Below are positions 19,998-31,680 of a stretch of 64,000 bases of DNA, in pieces. The notes below the pieces were generated by a model, which saw only the letters and a program-made list of their open reading frames with translations, was not told where the DNA came from and searched no databases. Source of the stretch: an uncultured Actinomycetota bacterium (GTDB lineage Bacteria > Actinomycetota > Actinomycetes > Mycobacteriales > Mycobacteriaceae); assembly GCA_963755805.1 (NCBI GenBank), contig CAVWLG010000024.1, forward strand, positions 1,029-65,028. Reading direction: 5' to 3'. Numbering within the stretch: the first letter of the stretch is position 1; the number at the start of each line of letters is the position of its first letter. The translations under genes and the position numbers were made by a program.

Positions 19998-20318
19998 ATG
20001 ACTGCCACAGTGATGACGCTCGCCGCGCCATCCGAGGAATTCGTCCCGGTCTGCACCACCGATCCGGAGCGATGGACCACCCACCCGGACGACGAGGCCA
20101 AGGCTCTCTGCCGGGCCTGCCCGCTTCGCTGGCGATGCGCCCGCGAAGCATGGGAGACGCCCGGCCCGGAGGGCTTGTGGGCGGGAGTGGTGATCCCGGA
20201 GTCCGGCCGCGGCCGCGAATTTGCGCTGCGCCAACTACGTTCGCTGGCCGCGCACGGCGGCTATCCGGTTCGGCCGGGGTATCGCGCCCGGCGCCGCATC
20301 GTCTTTCCCGGCGCATAG
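19998..20318 (+). CDS. whiB6: WhiB6-like Fe-S transcriptional regulator
   Basis: VCTTDPERWTTHPDDEAKALCRACPLRWRCAREA...EGLWAGVVIPESGRGR..AL.QLRSLA..GYPVR, four Cys, WhiB6-type rather than generic WhiB; AGGAGG upstream. Confidence 0.9.
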   Translation: MTATVMTLAAPSEEFVPVCTTDPERWTTHPDDEAKALCRACPLRWRCAREAWETPGPEGLWAGVVIPESGRGREFALRQLRSLAAHGGYPVRPGYRARRRIVFPGA

Positions 20319-20365
20319 CGCGCGCACATCCGGAGCAGTGGCCCGACGGCGGTTACGATGCCGAG

Positions 20366-21121
20366 GTGCAACCACCCCCGCCGGGACCCCCTCCGCAGTG
20401 GGGACCCCCACCTGACGATCCCCGGGAGCAGGGGGCCCGGCTTCGGAGGCCGGCCCGGCCCGGGGAGCTACGGCCAGCAACCGCCGCCGCCCGGGTACGG
20501 CGCCGCCGCAGTGGGGCGGTTACGGCGCCGCCGGCGCCGGCCCCGACGTCCCAGCAGACCTTCGGCTGGATCAGCCTCGCGGCCATCGGGTTGCTGGGGT
20601 TGCTCGGCGCGATCCTCACGCTGACGCTCTGGATCAACCTGAACAGCGCGGTCAGCCGCGCGGCCGACGTCTGCAACCGGTTCGGCGGCGAGTACGCCAA
20701 CATATGCCGCCAGCAGATCGAGAAGATGGTTCCCACCGTGCCGGTCGCCCTGGTCGTTTGTCTCTTCCTGATCATCGGGGCCTGCCTCGCGGTCGCCGCC
20801 GGCGCGGTAATGCTCTTCGTCAAGAGGCCGCTGGGGCAGTTCCTGATCCTCGGCGGCGGCATCGTCATGCTCGTCGTGTCGATCGGTGTCGAAGCCCGCT
20901 ACGGCGCGACGGGGCGAGTTACCTACGACCTGATTGCAGGTCTGGTCATCGCGGTCGATCGGAGGCTTGATGTTCGTCCCGGCCTTCCGGGTGCTGCTTG
21001 GGACTGCCACCGCAGTTGATGGGCCGCCGAGGCCCAACGGATATCCGGGCGGCGGACAGTGGCCGCCCGGCCGCCTCCGCCGCCGCAGTACGGCCCTCCC
21101 GGCCCGCCGCCGCAGTGGTGA
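20366..21121 (+). CDS. Membrane protein with ~4 TM helices and Pro/Gly/Gln/Trp-rich termini (frameshifts; start uncertain)
   Basis: Hydrophobic segments WISLAAIGLLGLLGAILTLTLW, VALVVCLFLIIGACLAVAAGAVML and FLILGGGIVMLVVSIGV; loop C-x9-C; PPPQW at both ends; GTGA overlap with the sulfatase. Confidence 0.6.
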
Positions 21122-22609
21122 GCGACCCGGCCGGACAGGCCCCGCCAACGCACCGCGGATCGCCGGAGCCGATAACGTCGACGAAGCCCGGCAAGGCTCA
21201 GGAGGTGGCGGCGATCGGCGGCACAGACGCAAACCCAGGCGTGCCCGACAACGTGCTGCTCGTGCACTGGCACGACCTGGGCCGGTACCTCGGCGTCTAC
21301 GGCCACGCCGACGTCTCGAGTCCCCGGCTGGACCCGCTGGCCGCCGAGGGCATCCTGTTCACCCGGGCACACGCCACCGCGCCGCTGTGCTCGCCGTCGC
21401 GCGGATCACTGTTCACCGGCCGCTATCCGCAGAGCAACGGACTGGTCGGACTGGCCCACCACGGTTGGGAATATCGCCCCGGCGTCCGCACGCTGCCGCA
21501 GATTCTCTCCGAATCTGGCTGGTATTCAGCTCTTTTCGGGATGCAGCACGAGACGTCCCATCCCGCGCGGCTGGGTTTCGACGAGTTCGACGTATCGAAC
21601 TCCTACTGCGAGTATGTCGTCGAACGGGCTCAGCAGTGGCTGCGCGACCATGACGCCACCCAGCCGTTTCTGCTGACCGCCGGATTCTTCGAAACGCACC
21701 GGCCTTATCCGCGGGACCGTTACGAACCCGCCGACACCGACCTGTCGATCCGCCCGACTATCTGCCCAATACCGTTGAGGTACGCCAGGATCTGGCCGAA
21801 TTCTACGGATCCATCACCACCGCCGACGCGGCGGTCGGCCGAATACTGGACACCCTTGCCGACACCGGACTGGACGCCAGCACCTGGGTGGTCTTCCTCA
21901 CCGACCATGGCGCGGCGTTCCCGCGAGCCAAGTCGACGTTGTACGAGGCGGGCACCGGGATCGCGATGATCGTCCGGCCGCCAACTCGAATGAGTTGCCG
22001 CACAAGGTGTACGACGATCTGTTCAGCGGCGTGGATCTGCTCCCGACCCTGCTGGAGCTGCTCGGCGTCGCGAAGCCGTCCGACATCGAGGGCGTGTCGC
22101 ATGCGCAGGCGTTGATCGCCGGCGATCATGCCGAGCCGGTGCGCGACCATGTCTACACCACCAAGACCTATCACGACTCGTTCGATCCCATCCGCGCGAT
22201 CCGGACGAAGGATTTCAGCTACATCGAAAACTACGCGCGCCGACCACTGTTGGACCTGCCGTGGGACATCGAGGAAAGCCCGTCCGGGCACGCCGTGGCA
22301 CCGCTGGTCACCGCCCCGCGACCCGAACGAGAACTCTACGACCTGCGCTCCGACCCCACCGAGACCAACAACCTGCTGACCGCAGACGGCGCCGACGGTG
22401 CGGACAAGATCGCCGCTGATCTTGCTGTACGCCTGCATGATTGGCGACAGCAGACCAACGACGTCATTCCGTCCGATTTCGCCGGCAGCCGGATCGCGGC
22501 ACGCTACACCGAGACGTATCTGCAGATTCACGACAAGGCGCCCACCAGCCGGTCGGGGATCGCCGCCGACCGCGGTATCGACGATGCAACCCGTCGAACG
22601 GATCCGTAA
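21118..22609 (+). CDS. atsG: Formylglycine-dependent sulfatase, Rv0296c/AtsG-like (frameshifts)
   Basis: NVLLVHWHDLG, CSPSRGSLFTG (CxPxR), TDHG, ELYDLRSDPTETNNL. Confidence 0.88.
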
Positions 22610-22643
22610 ACGCGACCCTCGGATGTGCGGTTAGGCTCTCTCG

Positions 22644-23441
22644 GTGCCCGCGCATCCGACGTCCTATCTCGTGCTCGCCTCGCAACGCTGCGGCAGCACG
22701 TTGTTGGCCGAGTCGCTGCGGGCCACCGGTACAGCCGGCGAGCCGCAGGAGTTCTTCCAGTACCTGCCGACCACCGGGATGGCGCCGCAGCCGCGTCAGT
22801 GGTTCGCCGACGTCGAGGACGAGACGATCCTGCGCCTGCTCGACCCGCTTGATCCCGGTACGCCGGATACCGCGTCATCGGTCGCCTGGCGTGAGCACAT
22901 CCGCAGCTCGGGCCGGACGCCGAACGGCGTCTGGGGCGGCAAGCTGATGTGGAACCAGACACCGCTGCTGCAGCAACGGGCATCGTCGCTGCCCGACCGC
23001 TCCGGGGACGGTCTGCGAGCGGCCATCCGGGACGTGATCGGCAGCGAGCCGGTCTACGTCCACGTCCATCGTCCGGACGTGGTGTCACAGGCGGTGTCGT
23101 TCTGGCGAGCCGTGCAGACTCGGATGTGGCGTGGCCGGCCGCACGCCGAGCATGACTTGCGGGCCACCTACCACGCCGGTGCGATCGCCCACGCGGTCGC
23201 GATGCTGCGCGAGCAGAACGAGTGCTGGCGCGCCTGGTTCGCCGACGAGGGCATCGAGCCGATCGATGTGCCCTACCCGACGCTGTGGCGCAACGTGACC
23301 ACGATCGTCGCGACCGTGTTGGAGGCGATCGGCCAGGATCCCCGGCTGGCTCCGGCAATGGCCGCGCAGGCCGACGAACGCTCGGATGAGTGGGTGGATC
23401 GCTACCGTGACGACGCCCGGCGGCTGGGGCTGCCGGAGTAG
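22644..23441 (+). CDS. stf0: Trehalose 2-sulfotransferase Stf0 (Rv0295c)
   Basis: [56 protein letters not shown]. Confidence 0.92.
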   Translation: MPAHPTSYLVLASQRCGSTLLAESLRATGTAGEPQEFFQYLPTTGMAPQPRQWFADVEDETILRLLDPLDPGTPDTASSVAWREHIRSSGRTPNGVWGGKLMWNQTPLLQQRASSLPDRSGDGLRAAIRDVIGSEPVYVHVHRPDVVSQAVSFWRAVQTRMWRGRPHAEHDLRATYHAGAIAHAVAMLREQNECWRAWFADEGIEPIDVPYPTLWRNVTTIVATVLEAIGQDPRLAPAMAAQADERSDEWVDRYRDDARRLGLPE

Positions 23442-23551
23442 CCGACGGTTCAGCCGCCGACCTGCGCGACGAAGAACACCCGGCCTACGCGGCAACTGAT
23501 ATAGCCAAACGGTATTACCCACCGCCTGGCGGATCGACTCGAGGATGGACC

Positions 23552-24443
23552 ATGGCCGACGACGACGAGGCCGCCGAGGTACGGCAGGTCTGGTCCGCGC
23601 TGGGCTTACCCGGCGTGATCGACGTGCACACCCACTTCATGCCGAAATCGGTGATGGACAAGGTGTGGCAGTACTTCGATTCCGCCGGTCCGCTGGTGGG
23701 CCGCGAGTGGCCGATCACGTATCGGACAGCGGAATCCGAACGCGTGCAGATGCTGCGGCAGTTCGGCGTGCGCGGCTTCACCGCACTGGTCTATCCGCAC
23801 AAGCCCCAGATGGCGGCCTGGCTCAACCAGTGGGCCGTCAGTTCTCCCGGGAGACGCCGGATTGCCTTGCCACCGCGACGTTTTACCCCGAGCCGGACGC
23901 CGGCGACTACGTCGCGGCGGCGATCGACGGCGGAGCCCAGGTCTTCAAAGCGCACATCCAAGTGGGCCGGTACGAGCCCAACGACCCGCTGCTCGACCCG
24001 GTCTGGGGAGCCATCGAGGACGCCGCGATACCCGTGGTCATTCACTGCGGCTCCGGCCCGGCGCCCGGCGAGCACACCGGGCCCGAGCCGATACGGCTTC
24101 TGCTGCAACGCTATCCGCGGCTGCGGCTGATCGTCGCGCACATGGGGATGCCGGAGTACGTCGACTTCATGGACATCTGCGAGAGCTCGGCCGACGTCCG
24201 GCTCGACACCACGATGGCGTTCACGCCGTTCGTCGACGAGACTCATGCCGTTTCCGTCATCGCAGCTGAATCGGCTGCGGCGACTTGGGCGATCGCATCC
24301 TTTTCGGCAGCGACTTCCCCAACATCCCCTACAGCTACGCCGACGCCATGCGGTCACTCACCCGGTTGCCCGGCATCGACGACGCATGGCTGCGCGGCGT
24401 CTTCTACGACAACGCCGCCGCCCTGTTCGCGCCGACCGGCTAG
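23552..24443 (+). CDS. Amidohydrolase_2 family metallohydrolase (frameshifts)
   Basis: IDVHTHFMP, FKAH, VVIHCG, IVAHMG, ILFGSDFPNIPY and VFYDNAA motifs spread over three frames. Confidence 0.82.
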
Positions 24444-24444
24444 T

Positions 24445-25434
24445 TCAGGCGATCGGCTGCGGCTGCGCGGTGCTGGACCAGCGCAGCCGCTCCAGCAGCA
24501 GCGATTCGGGCAGCGCGACGTGGCCGTCGAGCCGCTGACTCGACAGCGGGTCCAACGCCGTCAGCGCCGCACGCTGGATACCGGACTTCGAAATCAGCCC
24601 GGGCAGTGGCCCGCTCGCCGCCGGGTGCGGCGTCGGTGCGGAATGCGCATGCGACCGCCAGGGTCTGGTCGTCGCCGGCCCCGGACGACCTCGGCGGCCG
24701 TCCAGACTTCGCGGACCGGGTACGACCAGATCGCCGCGAGCGTGTTGGGCAGCGCGGTGTCGACCTTGACGCCGTATGCGGCAACGTAATTCGAGCTGCC
24801 CTGGCTGATCCCGGCCCACGTCTCGCGGGCCGGCCGCGGGAACGGCGACGGAACGTCGTCGGGGTTCGCGAGGGCGGCGGTCCAACCGCTCTCCCGGAGA
24901 TGATCGGCCAGCCGGCGCGCCGCGACCTCGGCGGTCTCGTGCAACGGAATCTGCGGCGAACGGGCTTGCAGCGCAGCGAGATTGTCGGCGGCCGACAGCG
25001 TCAGCCCGATCCAGGTTTCCCGTTCCCGCGTGCCGACTCCGACGTGCTGTCGCGGCTGGTGACGCGGATGGCGTCGGCGCGCAGGCCGTAGCGTTCCGCG
25101 TAACCGGCGATCAGCGGCAGCGGCAGCGACGTCGGACATCGCCCAGCGGCGGCGTCACCCGCAGCAGCGCGGTCGTCCGCACGTCGGTGACCGATTCCTC
25201 GGCCCGGCGTGCGCCCCGGTTGGGGCGCAGGATCGCCAGCCGGCGGCGCAGGATCGTGGTGACGGGCAGTCCCCGCCACCGGGCCAGCAGCACGATCACC
25301 GCGGCGATCGCGATGCCGAGCACCCAGCGCTCGCGCACCGAATGCCACGGGAAGGCCATGGCTGCGGCCACAACGGCCAACAGCACCAACGTGATCCGCC
25401 CGGTGGGCGGCGAGGTCGATTGGTGCGCGCTCAC
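24445..25434 (-). CDS. eccE3: ESX-3 component EccE3 (frameshifts)
   Basis: RITLVLLAVVAAAMAFPW, ETWIGLTLSAADNLAALQARS.QIPLHETAEVAARRLADHLRE; last gene of the ESX-3 locus. Confidence 0.88.
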
Positions 25435-26823
25435 AGCGATGGGTTCCTTTCGTCGGCGTGCGGCGATCGCGGCGGCGGCCACGACGGCCAAGAGCAGAGC
25501 GGCCGTTCCGCCGAATGCGACGATCCGCGGCACGCGGGCTCTTCGGTGCCGGTTCCGGCGGCGCCGCAACGTGTTTCACCGGCGACTTGTCGCCGTTGGC
25601 GGCGGCGGGCAGCTCCCAGGTCAGCGCGGCCACCGGGTCCACGGTGCCGGCACCGACGACGTTGGACGGCGCGCGGGCCCCGTTGTGCGCGGTCGCGGTG
25701 ATCCGCTGGATCACCTGCGTGGACGTTCAGCTCCGGATACTTGCTGCGCACCAGCGCCGCGACACCCGAGACGTAGCCGGCCGCGTAGCTGGTGCCGTTG
25801 AGCGGCACCAGCTGCTGGTGTTCGTTGGGCAGGCCGTTGGCGAGTCCGCCGTCGTCGCGGTTGCTCACCGACACGATGCTCTCGCCGGGTGCGGCGATAC
25901 CCACCCACGGGCCGGCCATGGTGAATTTCGACGGCTGGTCGCCGGGCGTCAGCGAGCCGACCGACAGCACGTACGGCTGCCACCACGACGGCACCGACAC
26001 CGAGGTGACGCCGGCCCAGTTGCGGGGATCGTCGGGATGGCCCAGGTCGGTCAGCGGGTTGGATTCACACGCCGCCCCGCTGGCCGCACCGGCGGCACCG
26101 ATGTTGCCGGCCGCGGCCACGATCACCGCGTCCTTGTCGACGGCCGCGTACCGGATCGCCGCTCCGAGTGCGGCCTGGTCGACGTTGCGGTCGGCGGGCA
26201 GGCAGGTGATCGCGGAGATGTTGATCACCCGGGCGCCGAGGTCGGCCGCATGCACGATCGCGCGGCCCAGCGCGGTCACGTCGACGGCGGCCCGCGCCGA
26301 GAGTCGGATCGCCGCCCGCGCTGCGCGGCGAGAACTTCGCCGACGTCACCCGCAGCGACACCAGCCGCGCCGCGGGCGCGATCCCGGCGAAGCCGTCGTC
26401 ACCGGGCTGGCCGGCGATCAGCCCGGCGACCACGGTCCCGTGCCCGTCACAGTCGGTGAGGCCGTCGGTCGACTCGACGTAGTCGCCGCCGGGCTGGACG
26501 CCGGGCAGCCGTGGCCCGGGCCGCACGCCGGTGTCCAGCACCGCGACCAGTTGGCCGTCGCCGCGGGAAAACCGCCACGCCGCAGACGGATCCAGCATCT
26601 GCTGGCTCGGCGGCACCGCTTTGGATCGGTGCCGGGGATGACACCGGAGCGCTGCACTCGCCGTTCTTCTCCATCGGCTGCACCGGACCCGGCGCACCGG
26701 TCGGCGGCGCCGCGCCGGGATCGACCTGTGGGCGGTCGATCGCCAATGCCGGCGGGCAGGCCCACAGCGCGGCAACCAGAGCCGCTGCGAGACAACCGAA
26801 TCGCCGAGTGCGGGCAGAATCAT
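25431..26823 (-). CDS. mycP3: Mycosin-3 subtilisin-like protease (frameshifts)
   Basis: VAVLDTGV, DCDGHGT, AAAGN, GTSYAAGYVSG catalytic motifs; C-terminal TM. Confidence 0.92.
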
Positions 26824-28246
26824 CGATTGAGCACCCAGGCGAACAGCCCGACCAGGTAAGCGATCACCGGGATCAGCGACGCGTCGATTCCCGACGCGAC
26901 GAAGCCCACCAGCCGGCGCAGCGGCAGCGAATAGCTGTCCGGCGAAGCGATGGCCGGGTTCAGCGCGACCACGACCCAGGCCAACACCAGCACGGCCAGC
27001 ACCACCGCGATCACCAGCGCGGCCAGGTAGTGCGCCGTCGCGGTGTAGAGCACCACCAACGCCACGCCACCAGGTACGGCTGGGCCAGCAGCCAGGCCTT
27101 GCAGGCGGCCGAGTCCCACACCCGGGCCCGCAGCGCAGCCGCGGCCGCGGTCGCGGCGACCACATACCAGCCCCAGGCGGACAGCGTTTCCGGGCGCAAC
27201 GCGATGGCCACCGACCCGATCACGCTGAGCAGCACGGCGCCGGCGATGAAGCCGGTCTGGTGGGCGTCGCTGATCCGGACCCGCCGCGGCAGGTCCTCGA
27301 GCACCCGCAACGACGGCGCCGACGGGGTCGGGTCGCCGGGCGCCGGAATGACCGGCAGCGGGAAGCGCGCCCACAGCGCGGACAGTTGCGCGGCCTCGAC
27401 GGTGACCAGCAGCGCCACCACGATCAGCCCGCAGCCCAGGCTCACCAACGGCAGCTGCCACAGCGAACTCGCGCCGGCGGCCAGCAGCACACCCACGCCC
27501 ACCACCGTGGTCGCGGTGAAAAAGCTGATCGACGCCGCGGCTTTCGCGGCGCGGCAGGATCAGGCTGATCAGCGACCACGCGGTCACCCCGGCGGCGGCC
27601 AGCATCACCTGCGCCGCGCCGAACTGCCCGGCACCGCCAGGGCCAGCGCCGCGGCGATGGGCACCAGCGCGGCGGCCGACAAGGCCGCGCCCGCCCGCGG
27701 CGACCGCACTGCCAGGCCGGCCACGCACGGTGAGCAGCGCGATCGCACCGACCGCGAACAGCCCGGCCGGCGCGCCGGTGGCCACCCGGTGGGCGACGCC
27801 CAGACCGGTTGCGCCCAAATCAATCCGACGATCGCGGCGAGCGCGCCGCGCTGGATGTGCGCGGTAGCCCCACGGCTTCAGCCGCGACGTCGAGAAGATC
27901 ACCGCGGCGTCGGCGATGTCCTCGACGATGCCCGGCGCGGCCGGCCCGACCGGGACCGGCTGCAACGCCAGCAGATCGCCGTCGACGACGCCGACGGTGT
28001 CCAGGCTGGCGTCCAGGCTGAACGGCGCCCCGCCGATCGGCGCAAGGCTGAGCCGGGTGGGCGTCGCCGGCTCGGCGCCGGACCGCCGCTGCGGCAGCCG
28101 CATCGTCTGCGACCGGCGGGAACCACCAAACGCTCGACCGCCGGCAGGATTTCGCGCAGCGGCAGCTCCGCGGGCAGGGCCATCTCGGTCAGCCGGCTGT
28201 CCGCGAGGATGGCGACCCGCACGATGGGCATGACAGTGCTGGACAT
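26820..28246 (-). CDS. eccD3: ESX-3 integral membrane protein EccD3 (frameshifts)
   Basis: [54 protein letters not shown]; ends [11 protein letters not shown]. Confidence 0.9.
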
Positions 28247-28317
28247 CACCGGCTCCTCAGAATTCTGCGGGACATTGCTTCTCTCTCTCTTGGTGAATGA
28301 CGATTGTTCTTGGACGG

Positions 28318-29191
28318 TCAGACGGTTTGTGGATTGGACGTGCTGAAGTCTCGGGACAGCCGGTTGCCCGCGAACCAGTGGCCGTCCGGTAGCTGGGCGG
28401 TGAGCTGTTCGACGGCGACGGCGATCGCGAACGGGGTTCCGGGGCTGAACGTCGAGACCCATTCGCCGTCGAAGGCACGCGACGGGCTGACCAGCACCCT
28501 GCCCGCGGCGGTGTCGACAATGCTCATGCCGACTTCGGTGGTGGTGTGCTGCCCGTCGTGGTGGCAGCCGGCGACGATCTCGACGTAGCTGCGCGGCCCG
28601 GCGAACACCGACTCCACCACCGGCGCGCGCCGACTGCGGGATGCCCAGGTAGTCAAGGACTTCGGCGAGCGGCGCGCCGTTGCGCAGCCGCTCGTCGGCC
28701 CGCGCGCCGACCTGGGCGGGCAGGCTGAATTCGTCGAACTGTGCCGGCGGGCGCTGCGCCAGGCCGACACCGAGCACCGGCACCAGCGCGCGGGCGTCGT
28801 CGAATATCCATCGCCGTGAATGTGACCAGCTGCGCGTTGCGCAGCGCCACAACAGTTTTGTCGCCGCGCCGCGCGATGATGCCGCGCAGCAGCTCGTCGC
28901 TCCCGGAGGCCGGCGGCCGGATCCCACGTAGCGCAGGTCCAGCCACCGCTCCGGGAAGCACACCACCCGGATCCAGTCGGCGACCGCCGGGTTGATGGCA
29001 CCGTCTGCCGACACCATGCCCATGCGGGTCAGTTCGGCGGTCTGGCGATCGAGGAACGCACCCCGTTCGGCGGCATCAGTGTATGGCGTGGTGATCGCCA
29101 GGACCCACGGGAACGTTCCCGCTCCAACGGTTTCAGCGATGAACCACGCCTGATCGACAGTCAGCTCGACGGCGTTGGGCTCGGTGGTCAT
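28318..29191 (-). CDS. espG3: ESX-3 PE/PPE chaperone EspG3 (frameshifts)
   Basis: [62 protein letters not shown]. Confidence 0.92.
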
Positions 29192-29244
29192 CTAGTTGCG
29201 GACCTGCCCGCCGATCCGCCCGACAAGCACTGCCGTGGCGGTGG

Positions 29245-29536
29245 TTAGCCGCCCCATTTGGCGCCTTCGGCCTGGTCGCGGGCCAGCATCGAGGTGGTGT
29301 TGGTCTCATGGGTGCTGGCCATCGCGCGGTAGGCCAGCACCAACTGCTCCATGCGCCTGGTTCCACTGCGCCTGCCAGGCCTGATAGCTCATCCCGGTGT
29401 CACCCTGCCACGCCGACTGCAACGCGGCCTGCTCGCTGGCGATATCGGCACCCAAGCTCTGCAACGTGCCCGCATAGCCCGCCATATCGGCCGAGTGCGC
29501 CAGCATCGCCGGGTAGTTGTACATGATCTGCGACAT
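29245..29536 (-). CDS. esxH: ESAT-6-like EsxH/TB10.4 (1-bp insertion)
   Basis: [12 protein letters not shown]...SAWQGDTG (WxG)...[12 protein letters not shown]. Confidence 0.93.
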
Positions 29537-29563
29537 CACAAATCCTTTCGCTAGTTGGTCGGC

Positions 29564-29855
29564 TCAGAACCGGTGTAGCTGCTCGCCGCGGCGGCATCCG
29601 CGGCCACATAGGTGCCCGCCGCATCACCCAGGTTGGCCTGAGCGATATCCAGCAGCGTGTTGACCTTCGCCGCCGCCGCCACAAACCGGGCATGCGCGGC
29701 CTGAAACGCCGCCGCGGACTCCCGGCGTGAAACGCCTGCGCCGACATCGCCTCCTGCTCGGCCTGACCGATCGTCGCGCGCATCAACCCCGCCTTGGCGC
29801 CAAACGCCGACTGCGACGCCACCAACTGCGGAATGTGAGCATCCAACAAACTCAT
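29564..29855 (-). CDS. esxG: ESAT-6-like EsxG (two 1-bp deletions)
   Basis: MSLLDAHIPQLVASQSAF...ESAAAFQAAHARFVAAAAKVNTLLDIAQANLGDAAGTYVAADAAAASSYTG. Confidence 0.93.
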
Positions 29856-29907
29856 CCCTGAAATCCTTTCCGTCAGTTTGATTACCGTTGTCCACACAAA
29901 CACATGC

Positions 29908-31368
29908 TCAGCTGTGTGTCCCCCTCCCCGCTCCGGTGCCTCGCGGATCCCAGGTGCCCGGCACCATCGGCATGCGCGGGCCGCCGCCAAACCCGTTACC
30001 GCTCAGCGTCGCCAGTCCCGCCGCCTCAGCAACGGCTGTCTTTGTCGCACCGTCCCGGCAAACCCCAGCGGCCCGGCACCGCTCGATCCGATGCCACCGT
30101 GGCCGCGACCGGCTCGCGGTCGCTCGGCGGACCCCAGTCCGGTCGACATCGACGTTCATGTCCGCGAATTCGTCGCCGTGGTCATGCATCTCGGCCCGCC
30201 GGCGCCGCCGCGTCCGCGCCTTGGCTCGACTCGCCGCACCCGCTGCGGCCGCCGCGGCGAATGGAACCGGCCGGGCGCCTTGGTGCTCGTCGCGGTCGCT
30301 CAATGTCGGTCCGGGCCCACCGTCGGGGCCGATACCGCCCACCACGTACGGCGAAGCTCCGGCGGCCGGTGCGGTCGCCGCGGCGGCGCCGGACATGCTG
30401 CCGGCAGTCGATGTCGAGCCACCGGTGCCGCGATGCCGTGCCACCGGTCGGTGCCACCCGCGCAGCAGGCAACGCGGCAGACCTTCCGGCGGAAGCACTG
30501 CCAACCCCGACCGCATCCGCGCGGGTACGGCCGCCGGGGCGCTCAGCAGGTCATCGCATTGAGCGGCCAAAGCGAGGATGATCGACAGACAGGCCGGCAG
30601 AGCTCAAGAGCAGCGACCAGAGGTCGTCCAACCGACGGGATGAAGAACGCCTGGTAGGCGACGAAGAACAGCAGCGGGAACCACGCGCTCGGGTTCGCGA
30701 GGATGGCAGCTGAGCGTCCCGCTCGGGTCCTGGATGAGTTGGACGAACTGGTTGAAGATGTCGGTGAGGAAGTTCGATCCCGACGACGGCGGATCTGCGC
30801 CGCCTGCCGCCGACGCGTTGTTGGCTCTTCGAGCACCGGCGGCGCCGCGCGTCGGTGCGCGGCGCCGACGCCAGCGCCGACCCCGACACCGCCTGGTAGG
30901 TCGCCATCGTGGTGGCGGCCTGGATCCACATCCGCACGTAGTCGGCTTCGTTGAGCGCGATCGGAATGGTGTTGATGCCAAAGAAGTTCGTCGCGATCAG
31001 CACGCCGTGGATGGCGTGGTTGGCCGCCAGCTCCGGAAGCGTCGGCATCGCCGCCAGCGCGGTGGTGTAGGCGGCCGCCGCGGTCTCGTGCTGAGCCGCC
31101 GCCGCCGGCGCTGTTCGCGCTGGCCTGGGTGAGCCACGCCAGGTACGGCAGCGTGCGCGCCCACATACTGCTCGGCGCTCGGGCCCTCCCACGCGCCGGC
31201 TTGCACCGCGCCCAGCAGTGAGGTGAGTTCGCCTGCCGCCGAGGCGTATTCGGCGCTCAGCGAGGTCCACGCCCCCGCGGCCGCCAGCAGCGACCCGGGT
31301 CCAGGGCCGCTGCTGAGCAGCGCCGAATGCACCTCAGGCGGCGAAGCCATCCAGACGGGCGCGGTCAT
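29908..31368 (-). CDS. PPE4: PPE4 (PPE-PPW subfamily; multiple frameshifts)
   Basis: [48 protein letters not shown]-terminal [10 protein letters not shown]. Confidence 0.88.
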
Positions 31369-31370
31369 CG

Positions 31371-31680
31371 TCAGCCGCCGGCGACCAGTAGGTCGCAGCG
31401 GCCGCGGCGTCACCGGCTGCATAGCTGGCGCCGGACTCGCCGACACCGACACCGGCGCGGCCGAGCTCCTCGACGCCCTGGGCCGCCACCGCGGCGTGCT
31501 CAGTGCCCTGGGCGCTGAAGCCGGCCGCGGTCTGCAGCGACACCGGATCGGCCGCCGGCGGGACCACGGCGGTGATCAGCCGGTGCCGCGCCCGCGTGCG
31601 CGGCGGCCAGCCGGGCCGTCAGCGCCTCGACGGCGGCGCTGGCCGACGGCCAGACCTTCTGGAACAACTCGCAGCGTCAT
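31371..31680 (-). CDS. PE5: PE5 (frameshifts)
   Basis: [61 protein letters not shown] (YxxxD). Confidence 0.88.
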
